The notes under the pieces were generated by a model that ran no database searches, had not been told where the DNA came from, and was given only the letters and a program-made list of their open reading frames with translations. A stretch of DNA of 64,000 nucleotides from Sphagnum compactum. Taxonomy: Eukaryota. Where the stretch lies: positions 18,466,213 through 18,530,212 of the forward strand of contig OZ234493.1 in assembly GCA_965153455.1 (NCBI GenBank), given 5' to 3'. Position 1 is the first letter of the stretch. Each line of letters opens with the position of its first letter. The translations under genes and the position numbers were made by a program. Below are positions 37,651-50,743 of the stretch, piece by piece.

Positions 37651-37921
37651 CAATGTGTGAACAAGTCCTTTGAAAGCAGTAAGACTTGACAATGTGTGAA
37701 CAAGTCCTTTGAAAGCAATAAGATTGACAATTTGTGAACAAGTCCTTTGAAAGCAATAAGACTAACAATTTGTGAACAAGTACTTTGAAAGCGATAAGAC
37801 TGACAATGTGTGAACAAGTCCTTTGAAAGCAGTAAGACTGACAATGTGTGAACAAGTGCTTTGAAAGCAATAAGACTGACAAATTGTGAACAAGTCCTTT
37901 GAAAGCAGTAAGACTGACAAT
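37651..37921. repeat. 38-bp minisatellite, 7 copies
   Basis: The unit acaatgtgtgaacaagtcctttgaaagcagtaagactg repeats head-to-tail with a few substitutions and no spacers. Confidence 0.95.
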
Positions 37922-39543
37922 TCGAGAACCTCGCAATATCAAATTTTTAGTGGCAGGGATGTGCATTTCTCAATACTCTTTAGTGGTGCTTTTTGACAGG
38001 CATTGCCAACCTTTTGTACTATGGGTCTTATCGTCTTCTCCAGTTCTCCCAGTTTGATAGGGTGGCTAACAAAAAACCAACTTCTATTTTGGCAGATTCA
38101 TAAAGTTATTCCTTCGTCTTAGGCTCCACTCCCTATAATTCATTCTCATAATTTTTTCTTAGTTTTTCTCCTCATTCTCTAAAATTTCATAAGATTTAAT
38201 ATTTAGATTATTTTTCAAAAAAATCATATAAGACATTCATTTATTCCCAATAATATAAATATATAATTAATATAAAATTGAATAAATAATAATTACAAAA
38301 ATTGTGTTCATTAAGAAGTTTAAATACAACTAGGAGGTTATTCCAAATGGTCATAACACATTCATAATATGATTTTTAGGTCCTACATGTTCTAAGTTCT
38401 AAGTACACTCTTAATGGAGTTTGCTAGGGTTTCATTGTCTAAGTTCTTACACACACAAAATTGCAAGCATTGTGAAAGGCAATCATGTGATTACCTCTTC
38501 ACATAACCAAATTGATGAGTAAGCTCAGATCTCAATGGGCAAAAGCTATTCTGAAATCATTCGGATGTAAGTAGTTTTGCCTTCTTCCCCCTTTCTCCAA
38601 TCCCTTTGTCCTCTTTCCCTCAGTTGCTTATGTTTTGTCTCATTTCAATAATGTGATCATCATCAACAACTGAACCATGACAAAGCAATAGACACCCTCA
38701 CCTCTCATCACATATTTGTATGCTTTGATAATGAGAGGTGAAAGTTCCTAGCCTTCCGTAGACTTTAATTGAACCCTCACCTTGAATTGATACCAGCTGC
38801 ATAACAGCATATGACATCGTATTATGATTATTGAAGGTAGTCTATCACATCCCCATGTTAGGAAGTCACATTCTGTATTATTCTTTGAGCTCTCCTACCC
38901 AATGAATCCAAGTATCAACCTTCTCGATACTTCATATCCAATATTAAATCAATCCAATCCTTAGTTAATGCCTTTGAAGGTGTTATATATCAACCGACAA
39001 ATCATATACTTGCCCAACATTGATTTGTATTTTGTATGCTGGTAGGAGTGTGGGTGCTAGTTGACTTAGGGGACATGCAAGTAAAAAGCGTAGTTTTTTC
39101 CTTTCAAAGGAAAGGGCATTGGGGCAAAAAATTTGTTGGATTTTGGTGTTTGGAATGTCATCTAAATTGGTTTCCAACATACCAAAGTTCCACTCTTCGT
39201 AACCATGGGTCAGTCAAAAGTGAAACATTACAATCATTCTATTCTGGGAGTGTCCAAAATGTGAACATATTTTGGGAGACAAGCTAATAGAAGAGAGTGA
39301 CTGATCACAAAATGATTGTTTTTTGAACTTGGGGTGTCCAAAAAGCTAATCTAGATCTATTAAGGAAGGTAGTATCTTGCAACCTTAATTTTCAGAAAAA
39401 TTTCAACCTCTAAAAATTAGGGTAGGCTTTTCCGCCTGCCCACCCTTCTCCAGCCATAAAAAGAAACCTGCCCTACTTTTCAAAGGATGTGAGAGTTCAA
39501 AAGATATCCTAGAAGATATCAGTGCCTGACAATAGTTGTCTAA

Positions 39544-39890
39544 GAGCATCTCCAGCGATGCTCAGCATGTGACCCTGTGAAAATATTTTTCACATCCAGG
39601 TTTAGTTATGTACTCTTTTGCAACCCCACCAGTAAAACTGAAATTGGGGACAGCAAATAGGTGAGCGACTACTAATAGCAAACCACATGGACCAATGATT
39701 ATGATGGGCCAAGCAGAAACACTGAGTAGCAGTTACATCATATTTATTACACTCTTCTCTGCAGTGCACACTGCTGATGCGTGTCGTACCAACTACGCAA
39801 TTATGCTGAACCAAAACCATTTTCTTGAATCAAACTGGTACAGATTGGATTTCCTTCATCCTTTTTTACTGTGCAGGATCACATATTGGA
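39544..39890. mobile_element. Tourist-like MITE, same family as 36770-37128, inverted, right TIR truncated
   Basis: Begins TAA|GAGCATCTCCAGCGATGCTCAGCATGTGACCCTG. The interior is the reverse complement of the first copy. Similarity stops at ...tactgtgcaggatcacatattg. Confidence 0.85.
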
Positions 39891-40240
39891 TCATTCAAAG
39901 ATTCTTTTACCAATTGAAAGGCTCCAAACGAAAAGCAAACAGGTTGTTAGGATAGATCAATTATTGATTACCTTGACTGGAATGATTGCTCACGAGCATG
40001 AGAATGAAAGTTTTTTCAACACTCCAAAGAATTTTAGTCAAATGACTCTAATTTCACTATTGGATTTCTTTAAAATTGTTTAGAACTTTAAAGAAAAAAC
40101 TAGTTCACAAGTCATAAAAGTTATTGAATCATGAGCTACAAAATGAATTCTTTGAATAATTAATGTGGAGTTCTCAATGTGTGAAGGCATTGAAGGTGCA
40201 TGAGCAATTTGTTAATGCAAAACCATTACTTAAAAAATAG

Positions 40241-42136
40241 TTCCAAATGGACAACTATGTGTCAAAAGACAATAAAAATCAACACTTGCTTGTTTTTATG
40301 TCATTACTAACAACCAAGGAGGTGTTTGAAGAGTTGTGGTTGGGCTTCCTTGTTGTTGATCATATGCATGAAAACATTGATGAAAGTTTTAACTAAATTT
40401 TGTTAAAACAATTGAAAGAACAAAATGACCATGTGTTGGTAGATTTGATGAAAGCTTTTATGGTTTTGCTATTCATCCCCCAACTCATACAAGAAATTCT
40501 TGATTTCAAATCTTGGGTTCTAGGCTATTTGAAAATTGATTTGGATGACCCTAAGGTATTAATTGGACATATAGATATGCATTAGTTTTTTATGCAATTT
40601 TTTTGGGTGGTGATGCAATACAAGGTGTTGGCAACTAATTTGATGTGGAGTTCCAAAGACATTGGCCTTGAAATTCAGTTATGAAATCTAATAATCAAGG
40701 TTTAATTAAGCTACCAAGTGGAGTTCCAATAACCAATAACCAAGTTGGGTTCCAGCATGGCAAATTAGACTATTCATGTTCTTTGCAGCATAAATGAAAA
40801 GTAACTATCAAGTAGGCTTTGATATGTTGAACTTAAACATATAGTTTAGTTCAATGATTATTAAAAACAATTTTTTCAACTTTGTTAAAATTTTAAGTGA
40901 AAACTCCATGTTTAAAATAGGTTTAAATATATATTCATTGAAATTCAAGAAAAATTCAATGTATTCTAACTAGGTTGTAAATAGATGAAATACTACATTT
41001 TTGAATTTTTGAATTAATGGGGTCCTAAAATATACTTGTGGCTGCTCATTTTTTTCACATTCTAATCAAAATATATCTAGTTTGTAATATAAAAATAGGT
41101 TTGAAAAAAATGTTCGTTAATCAATTTCGAACATACATCTTACTTACTTTTATTATACGGAAGTTCTAAAAAATTATACTCAACTTACCATAAACCCAAT
41201 GGAGGCATAGATGTTTTCAAAATGAAACATAAAAAGTTTTCCAATCTATTTTCTTGTGATTATGTAGAAAACTATCATATTTTCAATGGGATTTTAGGTG
41301 GATGTATTTTTTGGTCTAATTTACCATAATTGGACCCAATTACCAAATGGAGTTCCAAAGCCTATTCCATTTTTTCCTATTTGGGGTAGTGACACCTCAA
41401 AATCAATAGGGTTTTTTTTTTCATTAATAGTAATATTTCAAAGTATTTGGAGTTTTGGAAGCTAAACATTATGAGAAATGCGATGTATACAAAGGCCATA
41501 GGTCCTCATATTGAATATAAGGAGGGTATTTTAGAATCACATTTGTCAAAACCACTTCCAAAGCAAAGTCCCATCTTGTTGGAAGGTTTTGAACCATTTA
41601 GCAATTGGAAGGTTAATCATGTGCAATTTTTTTTCAACTCCACCTCTCCTTGAGGATCAAGAAGATCCAATTATCCCTTCGTATTGTGGGCCTAAGAGTA
41701 TGAAACCATCTTTGAATAAGTAGTAGCTTACACTCCCTTTAGATATTTACATGAAAAAAACTTTATTCTTGTTCACCCATCAAATTTTGAAATGTACCCA
41801 ACATGGATGGGAAAAGTGCATAGTGACGTTGTCAAGTATGGGAATGACAAGCATTATAGAATGGTGCATGTTCAATGGTACGTGCCTTTCAAAAAAGGAG
41901 CACACAATCCTGTAGACTTCTACCAAAATTGTTGGCAAGGAAGGTGGAAATGTAACTTAGTAGACCCAATGCAATGGGTGGACATTGATTCAATTGCATT
42001 TTCATTTCTTGTTAGGAAAAATGCAACCATGAACAACACCATAACAATTAGTGATGTGCATGGTAGTTGGGCTAAAACAAACATTGATGTGGTTAATGTA
42101 GTAACCACATATAAGTTTGATCATCATGACAATTAA
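40241..42136 (+). mobile_element. Degenerate DDD/E transposase, Sola-like, interrupted by a nested TIR element
   Basis: From 40241 the frame reads FQMDNYVSKDNKNQHLLVFMSLLTTKEVFEELWLGFLVVDHMHENIDESFN*ILLKQLKEQNDHVLVDLMKAFM, fitting the pattern DN...NKN...FL.vGH.H..iD..F. It resumes after the insertion as LPNGVPKPIPFFPIWG. ORFs at 41447 and 41792 are probably further fragments. The superfamily call is from motif recall. Confidence 0.6.
40747..41337. mobile_element. Non-autonomous TIR element with 4-bp TSD (Sola-like), copy 2
   Basis: TIRs are GGGTTCCAGCATGGCAAATTAGAC and (reverse complement) GGGTCCAATTATGGTAAATTAGAC. Flanks are AGTT and AATT. The interior aligns with 19591-20186. Confidence 0.7.
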
Positions 42137-45100
42137 AATGATTTGTTACTTGATTAATTTCTTAGTCTTGTGGATTCTAATGATTAAACTTTCAATTTCA
42201 AGTTGTCCTGATGAATGTTGTTGGTGATATCAATAGATTTTGGTGGCCATTAGATAGTAAATTTATTATAAATTTACCACAACAATGATTTCAATTATCA
42301 AATTTTTAATATAATTAAAATGTCAAAATTTTTGAATTAAAGTTTTTAAATAATGTAATTTGAGTAACATTCAACAGTGCAATTGTGTTTTGGACTTTAA
42401 GATTTGAAAATATATTACTAAGTAGTCCATTATTGAGAAATATGTATTAATGATGATTGCTTGCGATTTTGAAAATGAAAATTTGTTGGCCACCTTGTAT
42501 AATTGTATTTTGCTCACTTATTACTTTGTATGTTTCACTTTACTAAATGTAAATCATCTATGTTATTATGGGTCCATTCATGGTTGGGGTACCAAAAAAG
42601 GAAAAAAAATTTAAGGATTTTTTAAAGCTATTTTTTACAAATAACATTTACATGAAACAAACTTAAGTGAGAAAAATTGAATAGTCCAATATAAGATAAT
42701 TCATGTGTTCATGGTGATTTTTCACAATCATACATAATTGTGTATGAATATTTTAATTTAATGCTAGAAATGCAGGAAATCCCAAAATGAGTTTCAATGG
42801 ACAACCAAACATGTTTTTTGGCATGTTTATTTCCTTCACATGTGACCTACATCTAAAGCTAGACATTTTGAATCCATTGAACATATTTTTTTTATCAAAT
42901 GGTTTAAAAAATGAATCATTATTTCACAATAATTGAACTTACTGACAATGAATACTTTAAATTTTTAATGCACATACTATATTTTTAATAAGAAACTTTA
43001 ATATTAGAGACTTATGCATATTTTATATTAATTATATATATATTTCAAAATATACATAACCTTATGTGTGAACTAATTTAATTTATAATTTTTACTCGAC
43101 AACCAATATATTGCACCTTATTCCTTACTTACATATATTTTTTTTGTTTTGAGAGGTGTTCCCCCAAGGCTAGGTAATAGGTAGGATATATATTAAATAG
43201 TATGTAGGTGGGTTAAGTAGTAAATATTTTATTGTGTTGATATGTGATAATGTTTTTGTGCATAAAACAAAAGATGTGATAGTGTTAGATAGTGTTGTAG
43301 TGTTTTGCTTTCATTATAATTTATGTCATATCTTTTGTTTACAATTTGGATTTTGTGAAACATATAATTAGGTGAAAGAAAGGACTACTCATAGTATGTA
43401 GTCATGCCAAGGTTAAAGTCCTTTTCAAGGATTGCATTTTTCACATGGCAATTTTCTATCGGTTTATATTGCATTTTTAACACAGTTTTTAAAACTAAAT
43501 ATCAAATTTGAGGCCAGATATAACATACAACATGATAAAAACTCAAATTGTTTTTCCTCAAGCTTTACATTATAGTCAAATCTATAACTTTACTTTGAAC
43601 CATGATTACAAATTCAAAACTATAATAGTGTTAAAAAGACATTCAAGTATTAAAATCTAAAAAGACACATGTATTTCAATTTTTTGAGTTTTGAACACAT
43701 GGATCCCTTCTTGTGGAATATATTAAAGTTCACAAAAAAATTGAAATTATTTGGTGAACATTTGATAAGGGAAAAATATTTTTTATACAAAAAACCCACA
43801 TGTCCACATGCATTTCTTAAGTGCTTTAAACATATAAAAGAACTTCTGAAACATGGTGAATTTTCATAAAAAAATTGTAGCACAAATTTGAAAGTATAAA
43901 AAAAAAATTATTATTATTATTTTTTTGACATATATTGTTCCCATGGTGATTTTGCAAATTTTCAAAAAATAGTTTTTAAGGACTATCCACACATTGTTAG
44001 CTCCTTTTTTCCTACTTTCACCCCATTAGGGATGAATCACTCAAAAGGGCTTGTGACCATGAACAATTTTCTTTAAAGATTCTACCTACCTACTTAGTTA
44101 TTTAAGTTTATAATTTATACCCATTCACCTATTTTAAACCTAACCTAATTTAGTCTAGGATTGTTGGGTGGATTAGATTGCCACATGGATATCTTTTAGT
44201 CAATTATAAAACACTTTGTGTGATTACATGTTTTAATCATAAACCTAGTCACAAATGACCATGCCACATAGGTTGGATGTTAGTTGGATGAAAAATTGAT
44301 ATTAATTGCACCTCGATGCAACTGTCATTTTGATTGAGTGCCACATAAATTTTTTGCAATTAAAATTCTTATGTGGCTTGTCCAAAGCAACTAGACACTA
44401 TAATAGTTGCATGTGGCATTTGCAATTAAAAATAAATTGTAAAACTAGTTGTTAATATGAGAATTCTGTGTCATGATTGAAAAAAAAACATAATCATAAT
44501 TTTTATGATTATGACCCTAGATGTATCTTACATTGCAAAGTCCACCTTCGATTGAATATTGATGTTTTTAGTGTAATTTTTTCAAATTTGAATAAATTAA
44601 AATATAAGTTTGAATTTTTCATCTCAATTTTACTAAATTTTCCAAATGCATTTGAGTTGTATACAACAAGCCTTAACCAAGTGATATAAAAAACCATTGT
44701 TACTTCCATAAAAAACCATTTTACTAACACTTGATACCTTTCCATTATGAGATTGTGAATAGATGTTCAATCAAGCCATGGTTGAGGTTTGTACTTGAAA
44801 TGTGAAGCTATGTTTTGTGCACCTATTTTCCATGGCATGTTGCTAGATAACATTGTGCCAACATAGGCTTACTGCCAACTTTTCTATAGGTCACCAGTAT
44901 CCATAGCTAGCATGCATTAGAGATGGAGCTTTAATAGCCAATTTGTATATATAGAATAAAATGTTATACATATTGTCAGGATGAATTTTGTATTGTTTTC
45001 CTCAATTTCCCAAGGCCACTCTGAACATAATGGCAATAACCAGAGAATTTTTGAAATAGTTTTCAGTATTCATCAAATGTGTTCCTTTAATTCAAATGTA

Positions 45101-45342
45101 TTGCCACCTACACCACAACCCAAAAAAGCGAAAAAAAACTTAGCTAATGTGCATGAAGAACAAATAGAGATTAAAGGGGCAAGCCCTTTGGTGGGGCATT
45201 CCCAAAATAAGGAGCCATTGTAGCCAAGTCCGGCCCCACATTTCAAGAATGTTCCCCTCCCTTGGGTTTACTTGAAAGGGAGGTCATCTTGAACCTAAAC
45301 CAAAGTAGATCACATGGCATATTCCTTAAAAGTGGGCAGGAC

Positions 45343-46409
45343 CTTTCACCTATAAAGAGGTGTAAGATTCCTCCCATCTTGGAGTAGGTGCAATATTCCT
45401 CTTATTTTCTTAAGCGGATATCAATGCATGCAAGGTGCCCCTCCCTCCAAAGTTCAAATGCATTAGGATATGTTGTTGGACGCAGGATGATTGTGTGGCA
45501 AGGGAGTTGCCAAGTGAAGTGCGGTTGACGGAATCTCGCGGTGGAGTGGTGAAGCAGATAAGTAATGTGGTTTTGGTTTTTGGAGGTAGAGTAGAGTTTT
45601 TCAAGAAGTGGGATTAGATCTCGATCTCCGACTGAAGTACAAGAAAATCCGCTGTGCAAGGTACTTAGGGAGGCAGAAATTCAGTCTAAGGGTTGGTTTT
45701 GAGGGTTGATAAGGGGGATGATGAAAAGTTTAGAGGTCTCGAGAGTGGCCAAAAATTCTTTCGCAAAGTGTGTGTTTTGGGTTGATTTGTATGAGGGTGT
45801 TGTTGGATTGCATTTCATGAGAGAGCACCCAAATTATTGGGAACTTCGAAGAACTGCAACAGTCCATTGATGTTACAGAATGGATCATATGAAAGAGGGT
45901 TGTGGTGTTTTGTAAGACTTGTGAGGCAATCATTGGGGGAGTTGTGAGGCAATCATTGTGAGGAAACATGTTTTCTTGTTTGTCAGATTAAGGGATGGTG
46001 TCAGGAACACTGGATTATGTAATCTGTTTGGGCTGAAGGATCTATGTTACCAAATGTAAACAAGAACTTGGGTTCTTGTGGTAGTTCAATGTAGTTTTGG
46101 GTTCGTGTGGTCTAAAGACTTTGAGAAGAAGGAAGGCCAGTGGGCTCAAGAGAGAGATAAGAGCAATCTGACCTTTAGAAGAAGGAAGGCCAGTGGGCTC
46201 AAGAGAGAGAGATCAGAGCAATCTGAGCGATCTGACCTCTTAGAAACCTGAAACTTCTTTTTGATGAAGAAAGTAGTGACTTAAGTGGTTATAAGACAGA
46301 ATTTAGGTGGCCACTGGCTCATGCTAGTGGGAAACTCTAAGAATGTATTACCATTCAATATATGTGTGATCTGTGTTCTGATTGTTATGTGCCCTAGTTT
46401 TTGGTATCA
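45343..46409 (+). mobile_element. Candidate 5' LTR of the downstream gypsy-like element
   Basis: This ~1.07-kb unit recurs at 33320-34348 and lies 1.3 kb upstream of gag. It ends in tggtatca (46402-46409), which is either a decayed Met-tRNA primer-binding site or the LTR's CA end. The exact 5' end is uncertain. Confidence 0.55.
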
Positions 46410-47708
46410 TAGTAGGTCGAATTAGGTATACAATCTATTAATTTGGAACAACATTATGTGTGGTGACAGGTTTTATGTCCCGGGAAGCTATGTCTGATTC
46501 TTATTCAGACCAGTTTGTTACTGATCTTCAGGCAATCCATGATCAGCAGATTGTTAGGAGCTTCAACAATTCTTCCAGTCAACCATTCCCTCAAGTTGGA
46601 TCTATTGTCTTAAGGTTGGTTGGATTTGGGGTGCTAACTATGGTGGGATTCAACCCTGTAGAGGCACAAATTGGAGACATTGCCGTCAAAGTCACACATA
46701 ATGGGTGTGTGTCTAGGGTGAGAGTGTGGGTGAAATTACAATATGGAGCAAGCGGCTGGTACAAAAGTGCAGAGTTGCAACAATAGTTCCACTTCACCTT
46801 GTACCTCACATAGATCCACCCACATTGTGTCAGATAGAGCCAAGGAAGTTCCTAGGGTTGGAGACATTTGGATACCTAATTCTGCGAGATCTCCTGATCA
46901 CTTCACCAGATTTTTCATGCCTAGAATTGAGGTCTTGTTCCAAGCAGGTGACAGGATTTTCAGAGTTGAGGCATTAAGTTTATCATCACGATTAGTGTGC
47001 TGGAGGCTTTGGCAAAATGTTGAGCTTTAGCAAGCATGGCAACTAAATAGCTCAAATGAGCAAACTTTTTCACCTTTGCCAATTGTTTTTCAGGATCTCA
47101 TTCCAGTGGTGGAAGGAGAGCAACAAGAGTTTTTTTATTAGATGAGTGCTGAATAACCTTTAAGTTCTATTTGGGAAGATGTCATGAATTCTAGAAACCC
47201 TTTAGAGTCATATCTTCTAAAAGATTGTTTCTTTCAAAAAGCATAATGCAAAGTTTGTAGTCACTAGATTAGTTGATTTTCATTAGTAACCTAGGTTGGA
47301 CTCTGTCATCGACTTTCTGAAAACTAAAATTTGTCTATCAGAGAGATTTTGATTCCTTTGCTAATGTGATAATTTGGATGAAGGCCAGATGTGGGAATAG
47401 GGTTGTCATGTAGTGTTTTTCTAGTGATGACATTTAGTGCTTATACACTGGATATATAGTATAAGTATGGTTGCTTGATGAGGTGACCTGATCCAAGTTT
47501 GAAGCACTAATACCTCACCTAAAACCCTTACCTTAGAACCTGTAATGACGACATAGGTAGAAGGAATACTTGATGTACTAAATACACTAAAGAAAGAAAA
47601 TGGATCAGTAAGGTTTGTGATCATGAAGGTTTCTACACTTGCAGAGATTCTCTTTAGACAATTTGTCCCAATAATTTTCACTATTTAATCTGAATCCAAC
47701 GAATCACC

Positions 47709-49400
47709 ATGACTAGTCTTCAAGGTATGGATGAATTGTTTTGGGGTAGGGACCATGAGGATGTAAATGATTGGGCTGAACATCTAACTATGGCAGCTGA
47801 GGTCAAAGATCTCAATGATGATAAGCTATTTAAGATAGCGAAATTGAACTTGCGCGGCAGAGCTAAGGAGTGGTTCAAGAAGCTCAATCCACCACCAGCA
47901 GACTGGACTATCTTAAAGACTACAATTGTTCAAAAGTTTGGTGATGCAAATGAAATTTGTGTCAAACTTGATGCAATCAAACAAAAACCTAAAGAGTGGG
48001 TTGAGAAGTATTTTGAAAGGTTGGATAAACTCTTTTAGAGAGGGAGGACTGGTGATGTTGAGTAGAGAAGAAGGTTTCTAGCTCGACTAAGGCCATAACT
48101 TAGAAGACTTTGTGTGGTGAGAACATACACAAACATTGAGGAAATGGTGATTACAATGACAGAAATAGAGAGGGTGCTAGGAAATTTTGGGGAAACACCA
48201 TATGATCCCCTCAGGGAGGAGAAGGATGAGGATGTAACTGGGGAATCATCCATAGATAAACAGTTGTTAGTGTTGAATGAGACCTTGATACATTTCTTGA
48301 GGGAATCTGGCAGTAGAAATGGAGCAAATGTAAGCTCTTTTGGGAGTGCATCTAGGTGTCAGTTATGCCAAGCTGAAGACCACACTGCAATGGCTTGTCT
48401 AAAGCACAATGAATGCGGCAAATGTGGCGGAGGTCATAGGGCTAAGAACTGTGGCATAAAGTGTTCATTCTATAATGGTTTGGGGCACTCAAAGGATCAA
48501 TGTTGGAAGAAGAAAGACACTAAGCCTTCTAACTCTAATGCCAATTACCTTAAGGTGTTGGTCAATGATGAAGAGGCCACACTGACGGAATTAAACAGGA
48601 TTTGTGGTGCTAGTCACCATTTGTCATCTGGAAATAGGATTCCCAAGAAAAAACTCCTGATGTAGGCTAATGAAGCAGAAGGAATTGCTGAATAAGCTGA
48701 AGGCATTGATGCAGGAGACATGACCAGGGAAGCAGTTCCCGATTTGGTGCAAGATAAAAAATTCTTCTACATTTCATGAAGGGCCGGATTTCTTTAACCC
48801 CCATGGAAACAATCATGCGGATTCCTGGAGAATTGGAATATTTTGAATGGTTGGTTAAACTGGCCAGAAGAAGAAAAGATGAAGAGACTGGCAAGAATCA
48901 AGTTGTTATTGTCAACAGCACCCTTGCTGTTAAAAGGATTTTTGTGAACAAAAATTACGAAGGTAAGACCATGCACTTGCCTGTGGAGATCAACAATGGG
49001 ATGATTGAAGGACTTGTGCACACTGGCGCATCTATGTCAGTAATGGCAGCCAGTATAGTACAAGAGCTTGGGATTATGCATTTGGTCTCAGGATATGAGA
49101 CATACAAGACAACATCTGGGACTGTCACCACTACTTTGGGAAGGCTAGATGACATACCTGTGCATGTTGGCAATGTTGTTTGTAGTATGGTGTTTTTGGT
49201 GGTGGATATAGATAGATACACATGACCTTTTGTTAGGTTTGGACTTCCTCATGAAGATTGGGGCAACGGTCGATGTGGAAAAAAACACTATACAGGTTAG
49301 GCATGGACCTAAGGCTACTATGGAGATGTTCCCTTTGAATGTTGTAAACATTGTACAACATGGGGAGACATAATATACCTCTTCAATGGAACCTATTAAG
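47709..49400 (+). mobile_element. Truncated Ty3/gypsy-like retrotransposon: gag and aspartic protease relic
   Basis: Gag-like sequence FWGRDHEDVNDWAEHL...LRGRAKEWF. Zinc knuckles CQLCQAEDHTAMAC, CGKCGGGHRAKNC and CSFYNGLGHSKDQC. Protease GLVHTGASMSV (DTG mutated to HTG) and DLLLGLDFLMKIGA. Stops and frameshifts throughout; no RT or integrase follows. Confidence 0.9.
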
Positions 49401-50743
49401 AGGTCCTAGCCTGCAAGAGCTCAACATGGTACATTTGTGAGGAGTTTATGATTCAACTTCATAAATGCAAGAAAACAAAAGTTTTAGTTGTTTTATTGAT
49501 AACAAACTCTGAAGTATGAGAATACAGAGAAATGTCACTCACAATGTTGCTACATTTTGAACTTTAGAAGGGAAAGAAAGAATTTGATAATGTCAAATTA
49601 TATACGATATTGCAAACTTGACCTGAAGGTAGAAAAGATGAAGAAAGAGGACAAGGAATTCAATGAAGACAATGTTAAAGATGAACAAGAAGAGTTGTCC
49701 AGTTCAAGTGGAGAGAAGGGAATGAAAGCTTCAAAGAAGGTATTTTATGAAATTGAAATCCTTACCCAAGTAGTTTACTTTGGTGATTTGCTCTACAAAA
49801 GGTGATAGTTGCATCAAGTTGTTCATGGTTGCACTTATTAGGGATTCTATAATTTGCATCTTTCTCTCTTCAACAAATGCAGTTGTATGCTTGTACGTTG
49901 TCAAGCATAATATACATTTAGCAAATTCTGAAGGGTTTTGGACTAGTGATTATAACATCCCATTTGATGTGGTGATTTGTCTAGCATTTGTAATTATATT
50001 TTGCAGTGCACATCCCATTTGTAGTTTTTTTGGTCTATGGATCCCAGGTATGCAAAGAAGCATAGTTGGTTGCCATTTTGGTGGTTTGTTACTTGTTAAA
50101 TGCCAGCTAAAAATGGGATTTGGTCAAATTGCTACAAATTCACAGGAATGCTCTTATAGACTAGGGGTTGATTGATTACACCTTACCCCAGAAAAGCAGT
50201 TTTCTGTCACTTTTAGGCAATAATTTCCCCAAAAAAAAGGGAATTTATAGCAGAATATTTCATTTTCAGAAAACTGCCACCTTTTGGCATTTTTTCACCA
50301 GAAAAAAGGACTGGTCCGCTATGTGATATTTGAAAAACCTTCATCCAACTGTGAAAACAGCTGGAGAGAAAGATGTCCCTAATGGAAAAGTTGCTGTTAT
50401 GGTTCAGAAACACAAACTTCCACATCCTTTTTCCTCTTTCATAAAGCTGCAAAAAACATTTGCAGATGTGAAAGGCAGGCAGTTCAAGAGTGCCAAGACA
50501 ATTGCCATAGCACAAAAGTTGCTGTTGTTGTGTTCAGTTTAGGGAACATTTGTACCTGCAGGACCTACTAAAGAGCAAACTCCACAGTCTCATTCAGGCT
50601 CATCCCTTGCTCATACAGAAAGACATTGATTGTAATGCTGTTACAAGAAAATGAACTCCTCTGGACCTAAATCTTCTTGTGCATGGAAAAGATCACACTG
50701 CTTGAGAGTTAGCTACCTATAACTGAGCAAAAATGGAGTAAGT

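Noticed and set aside
37651..37921. CRISPR-like appearance of the 38-bp array
   Set aside because: The units are contiguous with no unique spacers, there are no cas genes, and the context is eukaryotic.
37490..37966. 158-aa and 108-aa minus-strand ORFs
   Set aside because: They arise from reading through the minisatellite and have no recognisable domain.
33320..46409. The two LTR-like copies as the paired LTRs of one intact retrotransposon
   Set aside because: The gag-protease lies outside the pair, the interval holds unrelated elements, and the block order differs between the copies.
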